DNA of 44,947 nucleotides from Nemertoderma westbladi (taxonomy: Eukaryota; Animalia; Xenacoelomorpha): assembly GCA_032718475.1 (NCBI GenBank), contig JAUCBJ010007555.1:1-44947 (forward strand), read 5' to 3'. Under the pieces are notes generated by a model, which was not told the origin of the DNA, did no database searches, and saw only the letters and a list, made by a program, of their open reading frames with translations. The position numbers were made by a program, and so were the translations under genes. Below are positions 1 through 11,381 of the stretch, piece by piece; within the stretch, counting starts at the first letter, position 1; every line of letters starts with the position of its first letter.

Positions 1-198
1 GTAAAAACTATCAAACTATATCTGTATATGATAAATGCAATGTGAACTTATAATATCGCAACCGAACAGAATAATACCGGTAGGTAGTACACACAGTACC
101 GGTACTGCAGTAACCAGTATATCCCCAACAGGCACTGCTATCCTTCCCTATATTGAGCTACTACTACAATGGGACAGTAGGCCTATATCCCCGCTATA
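1..198 (-). repeat. Gypsy 3' LTR (first base cut off by the window edge)
   Basis: Matches 4201-4398 except position 14 (a) versus 4214 (g). Confidence 0.95.
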
Positions 199-214
199 TC
201 TCCCCCAGTTTCTT
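199..214 (-). other. Polypurine tract of the Gypsy element
   Basis: Minus strand AAGAAACTGGGGGAGA directly abuts the 3' LTR. Confidence 0.85.
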
Positions 215-247
215 GGAAACTTTATATTATAATTAAATGAATACTAA

Positions 248-3200
248 TTAATAGTCAGTGCCGAATCCATATCTAGTAGGTGGTCGTGATAGTCGGCCCG
301 ATCGTGTTTTGGTAATAGTTTCGTTTTCGTTATCCCCAGACTTGTCGCTCTCTTCATTGTCGCTATCTTCATCGGTACTTTCTTCCCTCCTCTCATCGTT
401 GTAGTGACTCACTGGCAAGTCATGAGTGTTCTGGTTAGAATTATACGCTTTCCTCACATCCTTCCGGTGACGACGGATATTGTTTATGTACACCGAGTGG
501 TTATCGATAAATTCCACTCGCTCTGGGCCGTTCCATTTCGTTGTGCATCGCACATGTTGGGCGGGCTTTAAATAAACCATATCACCAACTTTGATGTTCA
601 ACGATGGTTGTTCGATTTCGCTTTTGTTAACTATTAACGGCGTCACCCCGGGAAGCTTCCGTTTTCGAATTGCTAGTCCCTTGAAGTGCTTCTCTGCCGG
701 GCAAATATCGTCGTTTCGACTACATGTCTGGTTGTACCAGAATGCTGCCTGTTCGGGAGTCTTCCAAGAACGCGCAGCCCACTTCTTTACTGTACGATGT
801 ATCCTCTCGACAATGTTCCCCGTTGGTCTGTATGCGCAGACAGGTGTGTACTGCACTTCCCATACCTTCAACAGCTCCCTGAAGACGTCTCCTCGAAATG
901 CTGGACCCTGATCAGACATGACCTCGTCAGGCGGCCCGAACTCTAAGAAAACTTGTTGAAGTTCCCTGACAACTGTACACGACTGTTCGTTGGAGACCCT
1001 CCTCCAAATAGTGTAGCTTGTAGCATTATCTATCATAGTTAAGTACGATCGATTCCCATATCCAGTAAAGTCTATGGATAGTCTATTCCAGCTGTCTCTG
1101 ACTTTTGTTGTTCCTACATTCCATTGGATTGGGTTGGGATCGATGCTATTGCACTGCGTGCACTGGTTGCACACGTCTCGAATTATCTGGAGAGGTATTG
1201 GTCGACTGATCAAGCGGTCCTTTTCACACAATTCGGTTGTCCGCTCGATCCCTTGGTGCGCCATGCCATGGAGTTCCACTACACGATCCCGTTGGTTGCT
1301 CTCGCTCATCCCAATCGCAGCAATGTGTTCCTCATTATCGTCACTGCTACCCTTATTCACTGCCAGTTGCAACCAAGTTGGTGGAACCCGGGTAAGAACA
1401 TCTGCCACATTTTTTCCCGTGGACACTAGATGTGGCTTCACATTTAGTTTGTATTCTCTGATCGTCTCCGCCAATATATCGAGTCTTCTGACCACTAATT
1501 TCCTCGATTGGCCTCTCGTTTTCACCCTGTGTGTGTCGTTAATAACCGCATGGATCCAGCTGTATGCAGTGGCCGAATCGACGAATAGGTCGAGGTTCGT
1601 TATTCCCCAGTCCAGAGCTAAGTTTACTCCCTCTATGGCCGCATCTAATTCTGCAACGTTAATATGGTTAGTGTCGCCCGCTTTTCGCAGCCACGCTGCG
1701 TCTTCTACAACCGCACCATTAATTTTTAACACCACTCCTTTCGCCACCGAACTAGCGTCGGTCCACACTTCTCCACTGTCGGTCATGGATATCGCCCATT
1801 CCCCAGTTGCCGGATCATCTATTTGAATTCGCGTTAGTGTTTCTTGCAGTTTTTCTCGTATTTTGTTGCTAACTGGAGTGTCCCAACCTATTTTCGAGCT
1901 GCATCTCTGTAACCACGCACAAGCTGGTCTGATCCAACCACCCACCGGATAGTGGCCTTTCAGCTGTCCACATATTGAATGCAGTTGCCGCCTAGTTAGT
2001 CCCACTGGCACTTCTGTTGGAGTACCCGCTTCTCTAGTCCAGTGATGATTCATTCTATCCTTTTCTATTATTCGAACTCCCAAAATACGGCTTCCCTCAC
2101 GAACAGGTTCGGCCCTCTTTGTTACTAAGCCATATTGCAGCAAATGGTCTCTCACCGCGTCAGTTGTCGTTATATCGGTGTTCACATAAATGTCGTCGCG
2201 AAAGTTGTCAGTGGATTCCTTTATGCCTTTATCTTGAGACAATGCTCGCTCGACAATGTTGTCCATTATTTTCGGGGCCACCCCAAGCCCAAATCCCATA
2301 GTTGTGACCACATATCTTTCACCTTGGTAAACTATCGTTTGGTATGGTAGTAAATCATCTCTTATCTTGACCTGCATGTATGCCCACTTGAGGTCGATGA
2401 GTGCAGTGTCCTTACCCATTTTTCGCCATTGTCGCATTTTCTCCCCGCACACCGCCGCATCCATTCCGGGGGAGTTTTCTATATATTCGTTCATCTCTCG
2501 ATAGTCTAATATCGGTCGAACACGGTTCTTTTTGGGTTCGTACTTGGCCATCAAAGGGATGGTCCCCCGCACCTCTCCATGGCGTTGTTTGTTGTATGGT
2601 ACTATCCACTCATTGTCTATCCATTCTTTCATGGCAGTCTCGAAGATTCCAACATGCTCCTTCCGTATTTTGTACTGGCTCACTTTATTGTTCAAAATTG
2701 GTGGTTTCCCGTTTTTCCACTTCCAATTTGCCACCCATTGCTTTCCGTTATACACCGCTTTAAAGTCTGTATCCTCAATGACAATCAGGTCTTCCAGTTG
2801 TTTTCCGTCGCTAGCTATCTCATCCACTTGTCGCACCGTCTCATCGTTGTTATTCGCAGTGGACATTACACCGGCCATTCCGAAAACCGCACTAGAGAGA
2901 GTTTGAGATCCGACGTGTTTTATTAAGTCGTAGCCCATTATTAGGTCTTCCGAACCACCTAATAAATGCTCTAAGACTAAAAAAGACCATTCCATATCCT
3001 GTTTCCGTCCCGCTATTTCTACTATAGAGAGAGTAACAGTTCCAATAGCTTGACTTTGCGATGTCCCGTCCAGCATCAATATCTTTGGGTTCCATCTACT
3101 CGTCTTTATATCGATTTGGTTGATTCTACACCACTTCGCCGTAACCAAGCTGCAGCTACAGCCTGTATCTACAATTGCGTCCGACTTTATTATTCCTCGC

Positions 3201-3298
3201 GGCCCGTTCACTCTAATCCCCACACTCGGTATGCCACAGTTTAATTTCTCGGGGAGGCGCCCGTGGGCCGCGACAACGTCTCCCCCAGTTCGTTTCCC
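248..3298 (-). CDS. pol: Gypsy Pol (aspartic protease, RT, RNase H, integrase), expressed as Gag-Pol by -1 frameshift
   Basis: Motifs: AIVDTG (protease); RPILDYREMN, IDLKWAYMQV, MGFGL, FRDD (RT); WTDASS, INVAEL, FVDS, NVAD (RNase H); H-x3-H...CTQC and SIDF, SDQG, ERIHRT (integrase). The ORF-track start at 3370 lies upstream of the frameshift site. Confidence 0.93.
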   Translation of the reverse strand, partial: GKRTGGDVVAAHGRLPEKLNCGIPSVGIRVNGPRGIIKSDAIVDTGCSCSLVTAKWCRINQIDIKTSRWNPKILMLDGTSQSQAIGTVTLSIVEIAGRKQDMEWSFLVLEHLLGGSEDLIMGYDLIKHVGSQTLSSAVFGMAGVMSTANNNDETVRQVDEIASDGKQLEDLIVIEDTDFKAVYNGKQWVANWKWKNGKPPILNNKVSQYKIRKEHVGIFETAMKEWIDNEWIVPYNKQRHGEVRGTIPLMAKYEPKKNRVRPILDYREMNEYIENSPGMDAAVCGEKMRQWRKMGKDTALIDLKWAYMQVKIRDDLLPYQTIVYQGERYVVTTMGFGLGVAPKIMDNIVERALSQDKGIKESTDNFRDDIYVNTDITTTDAVRDHLLQYGLVTKRAEPVREGSRILGVRIIEKDRMNHHWTREAGTPTEVPVGLTRRQLHSICGQLKGHYPVGGWIRPACAWLQRCSSKIGWDTPVSNKIREKLQETLTRIQIDDPATGEWAISMTDSGEVWTDASSVAKGVVLKINGAVVEDAAWLRKAGDTNHINVAELDAAIEGVNLALDWGITNLDLFVDSATAYSWIHAVINDTHRVKTRGQSRKLVVRRLDILAETIREYKLNVKPHLVSTGKNVADVLTRVPPTWLQLAVNKGSSDDNEEHIAAIGMSESNQRDRVVELHGMAHQGIERTTELCEKDRLISRPIPLQIIRDVCNQCTQCNSIDPNPIQWNVGTTKVRDSWNRLSIDFTGYGNRSYLTMIDNATSYTIWRRVSNEQSCTVVRELQQVFLEFGPPDEVMSDQGPAFRGDVFRELLKVWEVQYTPVCAYRPTGNIVERIHRTVKKWAARSWKTPEQAAFWYNQTCSRNDDICPAEKHFKGLAIRKRKLPGVTPLIVNKSEIEQPSLNIKVGDMVYLKPAQHVRCTTKWNGPERVEFIDNHSVYINNIRRHRKDVRKAYNSNQNTHDLPVSHYNDERREESTDEDSDNEESDKSGDNENETITKTRSGRLSRPPTRYGFGTDY

Positions 3299-4155
3299 GC
3301 GTTCGCCCAACCGAGCGCACCATTCCCACCACTGCGGCACCCCCGCGCGATGTGCCCCACCTGGCCGCACCTAAAACAACCCTTCGGTTTGGCGTTTGTA
3401 TTATCGGCCCTATTCATCGACCAGGCATTACCACCACCACCGCCACTGGTTTCCTGGCTGGTGCATTCGCGGGCGAAATGCCCTGCTTTTCTGCACCGAT
3501 AGCACTCAACTGACTGCCTCATCCCACCCCACGATCCAATTTCCCGATCATGTCCACGATTACTTTGTTCTGAATGCCCTGACCCCCTGCGACTACTAAA
3601 CCCAGCGGCACCCCAGACACTATCCATACCATTCCGCTCTGCCAGCATTCGTCTCGCCTGCTGCAACAACTCATCGATTCCCACGTTTCCCGCCATCGCC
3701 TTCACCTCCATTCTCACACTGTTTGGAAGGCCATTAGCGAACTGAACAGCTAGGAGATCGGTCGCACATTGACTTCTAGTATCTTCCGTTATCAATGATA
3801 GAAGCCTTCTCAAATCAGCCAGAAATGAATCTGCCGTTTCGTCGCCGAGGACTCTCTGTTTGAACTTGTCGTACGCCGCGTATGGGGTGTCGGCGAACGC
3901 CTGGATTAGCATCTTCCTGATGATTGCGCAATCTTTTTTCTCGGCTTCTGACAGTTGGGATATTACATCGTGGGCCGCCCCCTTGAGCGACAACCTCAGA
4001 TACGTAGCACGGCTTCCTTCGTCTAATTTAGCTTCTTCCCGTAATATCTCGAACGTGTCGTCGAATATGGTAAGCCAGGAACACGGATCTCCCGTCCCGT
4101 CATATTTGGCCACATAGTCCGAGAGTTTCGGTGCCATTGTCTGATTGTGTCTCAT
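3241..4155 (-). CDS. gag: Gypsy Gag with two CCHC zinc knuckles
   Basis: 304-aa ORF with CYRCRKAGHFAREC and CFRCGQVGHIARGC, and an N-terminal YDGTGD..W capsid-like segment. Confidence 0.92.
   Translation of the reverse strand: MRHNQTMAPKLSDYVAKYDGTGDPCSWLTIFDDTFEILREEAKLDEGSRATYLRLSLKGAAHDVISQLSEAEKKDCAIIRKMLIQAFADTPYAAYDKFKQRVLGDETADSFLADLRRLLSLITEDTRSQCATDLLAVQFANGLPNSVRMEVKAMAGNVGIDELLQQARRMLAERNGMDSVWGAAGFSSRRGSGHSEQSNRGHDREIGSWGGMRQSVECYRCRKAGHFARECTSQETSGGGGGNAWSMNRADNTNAKPKGCFRCGQVGHIARGCRSGGNGALGWANAGNELGETLSRPTGASPRN
3250..3298 (-). promoter_or_regulatory. -1 programmed ribosomal frameshift signal
   Basis: Slippery heptamer G GGA AAC (3298-3292) in the gag phase, then a 6-nt spacer and a GGGGAGACG/CGCCTCCCC stem; pol is in the -1 frame. 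Confidence 0.85.
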
Positions 4156-4181
4156 ATAATAAAAAGTGAATAACAGGCCCG

Positions 4182-4198
4182 GTTAGCTTTTGGTGCCA
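4182..4198 (-). other. Putative primer binding site (tRNA not assigned)
   Basis: TGGCACCAAAAGCTAAC begins 1 nt after the terminal CA of the 5' LTR. Confidence 0.55.
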
Positions 4199-4199
4199 A

Positions 4200-4398
4200 T
4201 GTAAAAACTATCAGACTATATCTGTATATGATAAATGCAATGTGAACTTATAATATCGCAACCGAACAGAATAATACCGGTAGGTAGTACACACAGTACC
4301 GGTACTGCAGTAACCAGTATATCCCCAACAGGCACTGCTATCCTTCCCTATATTGAGCTACTACTACAATGGGACAGTAGGCCTATATCCCCGCTATA
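4200..4398 (-). repeat. Gypsy 5' LTR, 199 bp, termini TA...CA
   Basis: Identity with 1-198 ends at 4398; the element strand reads TATAGCGGGG...TTTTTACA. Confidence 0.95.
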
Positions 4399-5247
4399 AG
4401 GACACTCCGGGTACATAACGTAGTACTTATAGTTTAAGACTATAAGTCGTCAGACGGTGGTATTTCCTTATCTGGACAACGCAACTTACTTACTACTACT
4501 TTATTGGTTTCAAATACCGTAACTTCCTGTCAGTTTGTGAGAACCAGAAATTCTAACTCCTTGTTTGTCTGGTTCGTAGATTTCTTGTTAAATTACCCTA
4601 AAAATTGTACGTGTAACTTGTTTTTTGTTTATTTAGAGATTGTGTAATCTCAACCCGATTCGTAAGTAAGTAATTTGTAGTGATAAGTAACTTAGTTAAG
4701 TAGAATTATCAGTATTAATGTCTAACAAGTAGCACTTCACTGAGAGCGTTCAGCCCCTGTGTAGTGACTTCTTATCCAGAAATAATAACATTTAGTTCAA
4801 TTATTGTCAAACCCATTACGGGTATATATTTATTTATAAATCAACTCAACCAGATTTATAAAATAGTAGGCCTGTTATACATCAATTAGGTCTTAATATC
4901 AGTTGAACTACTGCTTAATATCAGTAATAAAGTAAAGGGAAGTAATCCCTAAAATTCAGAAAATCAGTTATTATTAAATAATTGACATTACCGGTATTTA
5001 CGGTAAGCTTATTATATTTATATAAATTTAGGCTAAACTTATATACCGGTATTCTGTGACTGATCCTAGTCTGTAATAATACCTATATATATACTATAAG
5101 TGTATACCGGTATTTTAATATTAAATATATAACACGTTACATTGAGTAGCGATATCGGTAACTACTAGGCTGACAGTTGATACTGAATTCCTCTAGACTT
5201 GCTTTAACTGTCATTATAGTAGTAGGCATTCAACTGTAAAATAAATT

Positions 5248-8200
5248 ATGTCTGACACAAAACAAACACTGTCAGATAGTCTACTGGAAAGAACGATCTG
5301 TGACCCAGATCAAAGTATAGAACATCTCAGACCGAAGTCTAAGTCCCCTCCTACTGTAAGAAAAGTCATCCCTACAGTAGTGGTATCGGACCCTAGGCTA
5401 GTAAAGAACCATAGGTCTATTATAGGCACTCGGGCTTAAGTTAAGCGAGACCAAGAGATAGCTGCCAAACAACAACAGCACCCGAACCGCGAACTTATTT
5501 CCCAACTGCGTAGCGACGCTAGTTCCGACACTGAAGAGTTAACGCCCGAGATCGGAGCAAGGATGGAAGAAGCGGTTTATCCAGACCCACTTCTAATTCT
5601 TCCTGGGGCCATACTCAATAGAGTACTGATAGCTGTGGAGGAACATCAAGCGGATTGGATGAGACATAAGAGATCGACCAGGGACAGTTATGCGGGATAC
5701 ACGATGGAAGAACTAAGGTCTATTGTAGAGACGCAATGGAACTTCCCCAGACACGGACTCCTGTTTAACTTATCGGAAGCTGCCTGGGAAGACTTATACC
5801 GAATGGGGATAGTAAGGGACACTCGAGATCCTGCTGTATGGAAGAGGTCAGCAGCAGGATATGTCCAAGGATTCTTCAACTCCTTGGAACGACTAGAAGA
5901 ACATTTATTTCAACAACCATAAGGACCTCAAGAGCAGGGAGAGCTGCTTTATCAAGTGAGAGAACGTATCTTGCGGATCAGATAAATCCTTTCAGCCTTT
6001 GAGGAGGCCTCGAAGAGAAGCCAAGACACGCCATTGCAAGTGGCTGTTAAACGAGTGAATGTTAAAGTCCAGGGAACAACACGATGGAGGGCTCAGCTAA
6101 CTGAATGAGTAACCCACGGAGAATTGACAGATACAACCTTTTCTCATGTGGAAGGAGAGGCAGTATCCGAAAGACCTAGGAAGAAGGATTCTATTGACAT
6201 CTATCTGTCAGATTATCAACGATTTATAGGTGACAAAGAGCTAAGGAGAAGGCTAGCTGGACTTCACCCCAATAGTGAGGGAGCCAAATTCGTGTTGAAC
6301 TCTTTAGATGCGGAAATATTAGCTGCGGAGCAGGCTAAATTTGATGAAAGCATCCTCATCGCAATGGACCAAGAAGAACAAATAAAGAAAAGGCAAATAG
6401 AAGACCAAAAGTTAGCAGCAGCGGCGGCAGCGGCAGAAGCTGAAAGAAAAGCGGCAGCGGCAGCGGCAGTGGCAGCGGCAGAATCTGAAAGAAAAGCGGC
6501 AGCAGCAGCGGCAGTGGAAGAAGCTGAAAGAAAAGCGGCAGCGGCAGAGGCTGAAAGAAAAACGGTAGCGGCAGTGGCAGTGGCAGTGGCAGTGGCAGAA
6601 GCAGAATGGAGGGCATCTGAAGCGACAGCTCAACTAGAGTTGGAAAATCTTCAGGCGAAACAAGATTACTTAAATAAACAAAGAGCAGCTACTCAGATGC
6701 AACTACTGAGTCGATCTACTCCCAGAAGACAGGGATTTACCTCCTCTGATGAAGGTGATACAACGGACCCCGAGGGTAAAGGTAATAAATCCCGTTCAAG
6801 CGGGCGTAAAAGAGCGCCACACCGGCAGAAGTTACCTAATTTACATCCTGCGGTGAGAAGGGAACTAGCTAATGTAGACTTTAAGTAATCAAGAACCTAC
6901 AGACCAAATTATTAGAGTAGAAAGACTCCCTACTATAGTAGATGAGCCCGAAATAATTAGGCCTGTTAGCGAAGCCACTCCTTTGATAGAGACCCCTTTA
7001 TTTCCAGAACCTAACTCCAAATTCCCTTTGCACAGTACCAAACTACCTATGCCCAGTAGAGAACTGCCGGAATCCCAAACAGTCCTGGACGCCGAGCAAG
7101 ACATTATAAACAAATTGTCTCCCGTCGTCCCGATGCGCCATCCAGCTACTACGTTGGCGACTCCCGCCTCCACGGTTGAGTGGATGGATGAAGGACGGCG
7201 GGGGATGAAGCAGCTGCTCGGACAGCTGGAAAGTAATAAAATCAAATCTTCCAAACAAGTCCGAGAATTGGAAGGGACTGTTCAACTGTTAAAGGGAACA
7301 GTGAGAGAGAGTAGGTTAGAGCTGCAAGAAGTACAGCAAAATATCGCTCTAGAGCGCGATAAATTAGCAAATATACAAATGGGTATACCACCACCCCCTG
7401 TAACAATGTGTCAGCCCGTTAGGTCTGAAGTATTTCATGCGCAAGGTGTGGAGCCTACACGCATCTATACTGCTAGCAAAGTAGAAACTCCTATAGTAAA
7501 CCCTATTAAGGGTATCTATAAACCTGTTGATAATGATATCCCATACAGATCTGATAATAATCCGAGAAATTTATATACCGATAATTCGATATTAAATAAT
7601 ATGATGGCTCAAGAAAGTTTTACACGTCAAATGGCCAGAACTGAAGCCCGTCAAGCGGTAAAGGTGGGAGAGGTCGTCAAGTTCAATGGAGATGAGATGA
7701 AATGGTTACCTTTTAATGAATATTACAAAGATAACATACAGAACTCTGTACTATCCAACGGAGAGAAACTACGATTCCTCATCGAGTTTATTGGACATCC
7801 AGACGGATTGAGACAAGTTTGGGATACACTAAACATCAGGTATGGTAATAGGACTAATATAGCTAGGTATCTGTATGCGAAATTTGTAGCGCCCCAAAAG
7901 TTTCTTAGCAGCGGGATTATAGAGTTTTCCTATGAGATTCAGGAGATCTGTAGACAGCTAGATTGGTTAGGTAAGTCTCAGGAATACCAGAGTTCTATGG
8001 TTGTTGGAGCCATAGCATCAACTTTGCCAAAGGGTGGAGTAGGTACTCGCTGGGACAAAAAGGTTATCTATCAGATGGACCAGTAACAAAGAGACCCTAC
8101 TATGGCTGATCTCATGTCATTCTTAAACGGAGAGGTAAGATTACAGCTCCTAAAGCAGTCCAGAGAGAAGACACCGGAAAGTAAGGTAAGTGAAAAACCC

Positions 8201-10067
8201 GTTACTAGGAAAAAGGTAACACCAGTGTGTTATACAGACGATTGCGAAAGCCCAACGTCCTACGACGAGAACAGCGGCAAGGACACCGAAAGATCTTATT
8301 ATGTCAATAAAGTTAGGAAAGACGTAAGTAAATCTAAGTCTTGAACCAATGACAGGAGAGAACAGGTAACAACTCCCCCTACGTCTCCTAAGAGAATTCA
8401 TGGAAGAAAGCCCGAAGAAAGAGCAAGTGTACACAACATGACGCAGGTTAAGGTAAGTAACATTAAACCTAAATGTGTATTGTGCGATGGGCCACATCGC
8501 TTGAGTGGGTGTGATGAATTCTTAAAGAAATCCCTGAAGGATAGACGTGATGTCATGTGGGATAAGTGGTTGTGTTATAATTGCCTCAGACGAGGACATC
8601 AATGAAGGACCTGTTACTCAGACGCGAGGTGTGTTAAGTGCGGCGCGGAACATCATATCTTGCTGCACACAGAATTTGACAGGACCCGTACGAAGCAGGT
8701 AAGTGAGCCCGAACTACATGTCCAATTCAGTGATGTGAACGACACTGACCACAGTTCGGAGATGGAAGGATTCTACACGGATGAATTCTCAGACGAAAAT
8801 GAATCCTGTTATATGATCAACACAACTGTGTATCGAGCGCTTACGTATGAGACCGAAACAGATGGAGAAGATCCTCGACTGTCTATTCCGGATCGACAGC
8901 CCTCTTGGAAAGTGCCAATCTCATCTGTCGGTATCCGAGAATTCCCGGTAGTGCAACTGAGGGTGCATGGAATAGGGAGGAGCTTAATAGTAAACGCCCT
9001 CCTTGACTCCGGCAGTACAGGCACCTTTATCGACAAAGACCTAGCCGAAGATATCTTTGCTGGTCAACCAAAGTTCCGAACCAAACTGAACCTTTCTGGA
9101 ATTATGCAGGTTTGGAAATCCATAGTAGCCACAGATTACTACGTGGGTGCGTTGTCCACTCCCCAGGATGAACTAGGAGAAAATAGTGTAAGGTCAGTCA
9201 AGATGGTGGCGATAAAGAACTTTGCTACTAGCCAAGTAGAGCCTTACAACTGGGATGAAGATCATTTTACCCAGCAACACAACATACCTAGATTCAGTAC
9301 GGATTATCCAGGGGTACAGATTTTACTCGGCCAAAATGCGCACGAGGCGCTTGAGACATTAGAAAAACGGCCTGCTCGACCGCGACCACTCCAGACGTAT
9401 GCGGGAAGAACTAGAGTAGGTTGGTACTTCACTGGACCTTCCTATAGGACTTTATTGGAAAGACTCCCAAGTGAGCGACTCCACCAAGTGAGTGAATGGG
9501 AGGAAGATATAAGTGAAGAAGAAATTCCAGCTGAGGAAACTCCATACGCCTCAGATAACGACGACATAAGCAACTTATATGACGAGGAAAATACCATTGA
9601 TCTCCTCACTGAGAACCAAACTTGGTTAAACCAAGTCAACCTATGTAACCTTATCAACCAACATAGCGAACAGTTGAAGTATAATGATGAATTAAACGAA
9701 GTGGTAGATCGATATAATAACAAACTACGCGATGAACACGACGTACGATTCTTTACTCAAGAAGCCGTAGAGCCTAATTCCTACGACAAAGCTTTATCTG
9801 TAGTAGAAGAAAGAGCCAAGCAGATTCAGGAAACGACCACACATTATCTGAAGGATGAAGGCTGTTATGAGATTGGTCTTCCGTTCCGACGGAGAGAACC
9901 CAGCTTCGTAAATAACCGACCTTTAGCGGAAAAAAGAATCGCACAATTACATCGGCGTTTGACGGCTAACGATCAAGCCAGGGAAATGTATAATACCCAA
10001 CTGAAGAGTAATTTATAGATAAGGGATACGTGGAGTGAGTTCCGGAAGAAACACCCATAACGGAGAG
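5248..10067 (+). pseudogene. BEL/Pao gag-protease, 5' half of the copy 1 polyprotein (multiple stops)
   Basis: KFNGDEMKWLPF...EKLRFL capsid (DUF1759-like) region; triple knuckle CVLC..H..C / CYNC..GH..C / CVKC..HH.LLH; ALLDSGS protease; YEIGLPF pre-RT motif; in-frame stops at 5437, 5920, 6886, 8084, 8342, 8603 and 10016, among others. Confidence 0.92.
6413..6605 (+). repeat. Coding Ala-rich tandem repeat (EAERKAAAAA units) in Gag
   Basis: Repeated gcggca/gcagtg runs and gaagctgaaagaaaa units. Confidence 0.85.
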
Positions 10068-11303
10068 TGTACGCGCTTTTGAAGACCTTTAGCAGTTTAA
10101 CCTGCCAAAATTTATATGTCTTTTGGTTTATAAATAGACTTTAGAAGATGACAAATATTTAATACCAATAAACACAACATTAGCAGAAGCCAGCCTAGTG
10201 CGCGTCCATTCACCCGCTGGATATTCCCGGGAGACTGGATTCTGAGGGCTTAGATTATTATTGCAGTGTAAGCTTACTGTACTGTATTATTCGATTGATC
10301 ATTAATAATTAATTTCTGACTAATATTATTCACTTTCGGGAAATATTAACAGTTCCTTTAGGACGTGGCGCTCTATCTAGGTAAACAGAGATATGACTTA
10401 TACTAATCACAACGGCAAGTCGGTAAGGCTTATGCTTCACGTATGAGGCGCATTCTTTAGGAAATGCTTAGTTATCAGTCACAATCATGCACACTACCGG
10501 TAACACACAATACTGCCCACTAATTTGCCGACCGTCAATGATTTTTATCATATATAAAGAGAACAGCAACGGACCAATGTAGTGCTTATCAAATAGCATT
10601 AAATTCACTACATACACAATAATATAAGTCGCAATCGCTATATATAACCCGTCTCTCTAACCTGTAGTGTATCAAGAAAATTGGGAAATTTGGGTTCTTT
10701 ATAAATGTTCTCCAAATAATATTCAACCAAACAACAGCAAACCATTAAGATGGTAGGTTAAGATATGATATGACAATGTACTGATATGGACCGATAACAG
10801 TTATACGCTCTATAATCTTAAGCCTACTAATGTTTCTTCTAAAGTCTGAAACGAATTGACTCTAGAGCCGTTGTTCCTGGCCTAGATAGCAATAACACAA
10901 AGTATCAAGTAAAAACAGTAAGACTGAACACTCTCCTTATGATCGGCCGAAAAGCTACACGTCGACAGGAAAAATCGCTCTGATTGGCTCAAGCCAAACA
11001 AAGAACCATGCGTCCAATGGCTGTTTCCATGTCAGCAACCAGCTGTTAGATGTCGTAATATGAATCATCACGGCTAAGCTGTGAAAGGTATTTGGTGCAT
11101 TGCAGGCCCCTTGCCCTACCACGTCCGCCAAAACACGTATATAGCAGAATGACTTTTATGTCCGTTAAAACACCTATAACGGTACCTTGCGGGCGAGGGG
11201 AATATATATACAGTTAGAGAACCTTTTTAGAGTATTCCAGCGCCTGGGGGGAAACTGGATTGCGAAGCAAAGGGGCCAGTTATATCCCACAGAAGCTTTT
11301 ACA
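10068..11303 (-). repeat. BEL copy 2 3' LTR (1236 bp)
   Basis: Near-identical to 21374-22609 (four substitutions seen by eye); preceded on the element strand by purine-rich GGGAGCGG (PPT-like, 11311-11304). Confidence 0.95.
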
Positions 11304-11381
11304 CCGCTCCCAGAAAATGGGATTTGAGTCTATAAAATATACAAAATCACAGTTTCTAATATACGTAAATACTCTAAACAG

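Larger units (their letters stand above)
1..4398 (-). mobile_element. Full-length Ty3/Gypsy LTR retrotransposon, apparently intact and recent
   Basis: Direct LTRs at 1-198 and 4200-4398 with one visible mismatch; uninterrupted gag and pol ORFs in PR-RT-RH-IN order; PPT and PBS-like sites next to the LTRs. Confidence 0.96.

Noticed and set aside
1074-1826. 250-aa antisense ORF in Gypsy pol (also 34389-35135 against the CRE RT)
   Set aside because: Shadow frames of coding sequence with no recognisable motifs.
6356-6633. Cys/Arg-rich and Leu/Pro-rich ORFs resembling metallothionein (also 17712-18010)
   Set aside because: They are antisense translations of the Ala-rich Gag repeat.
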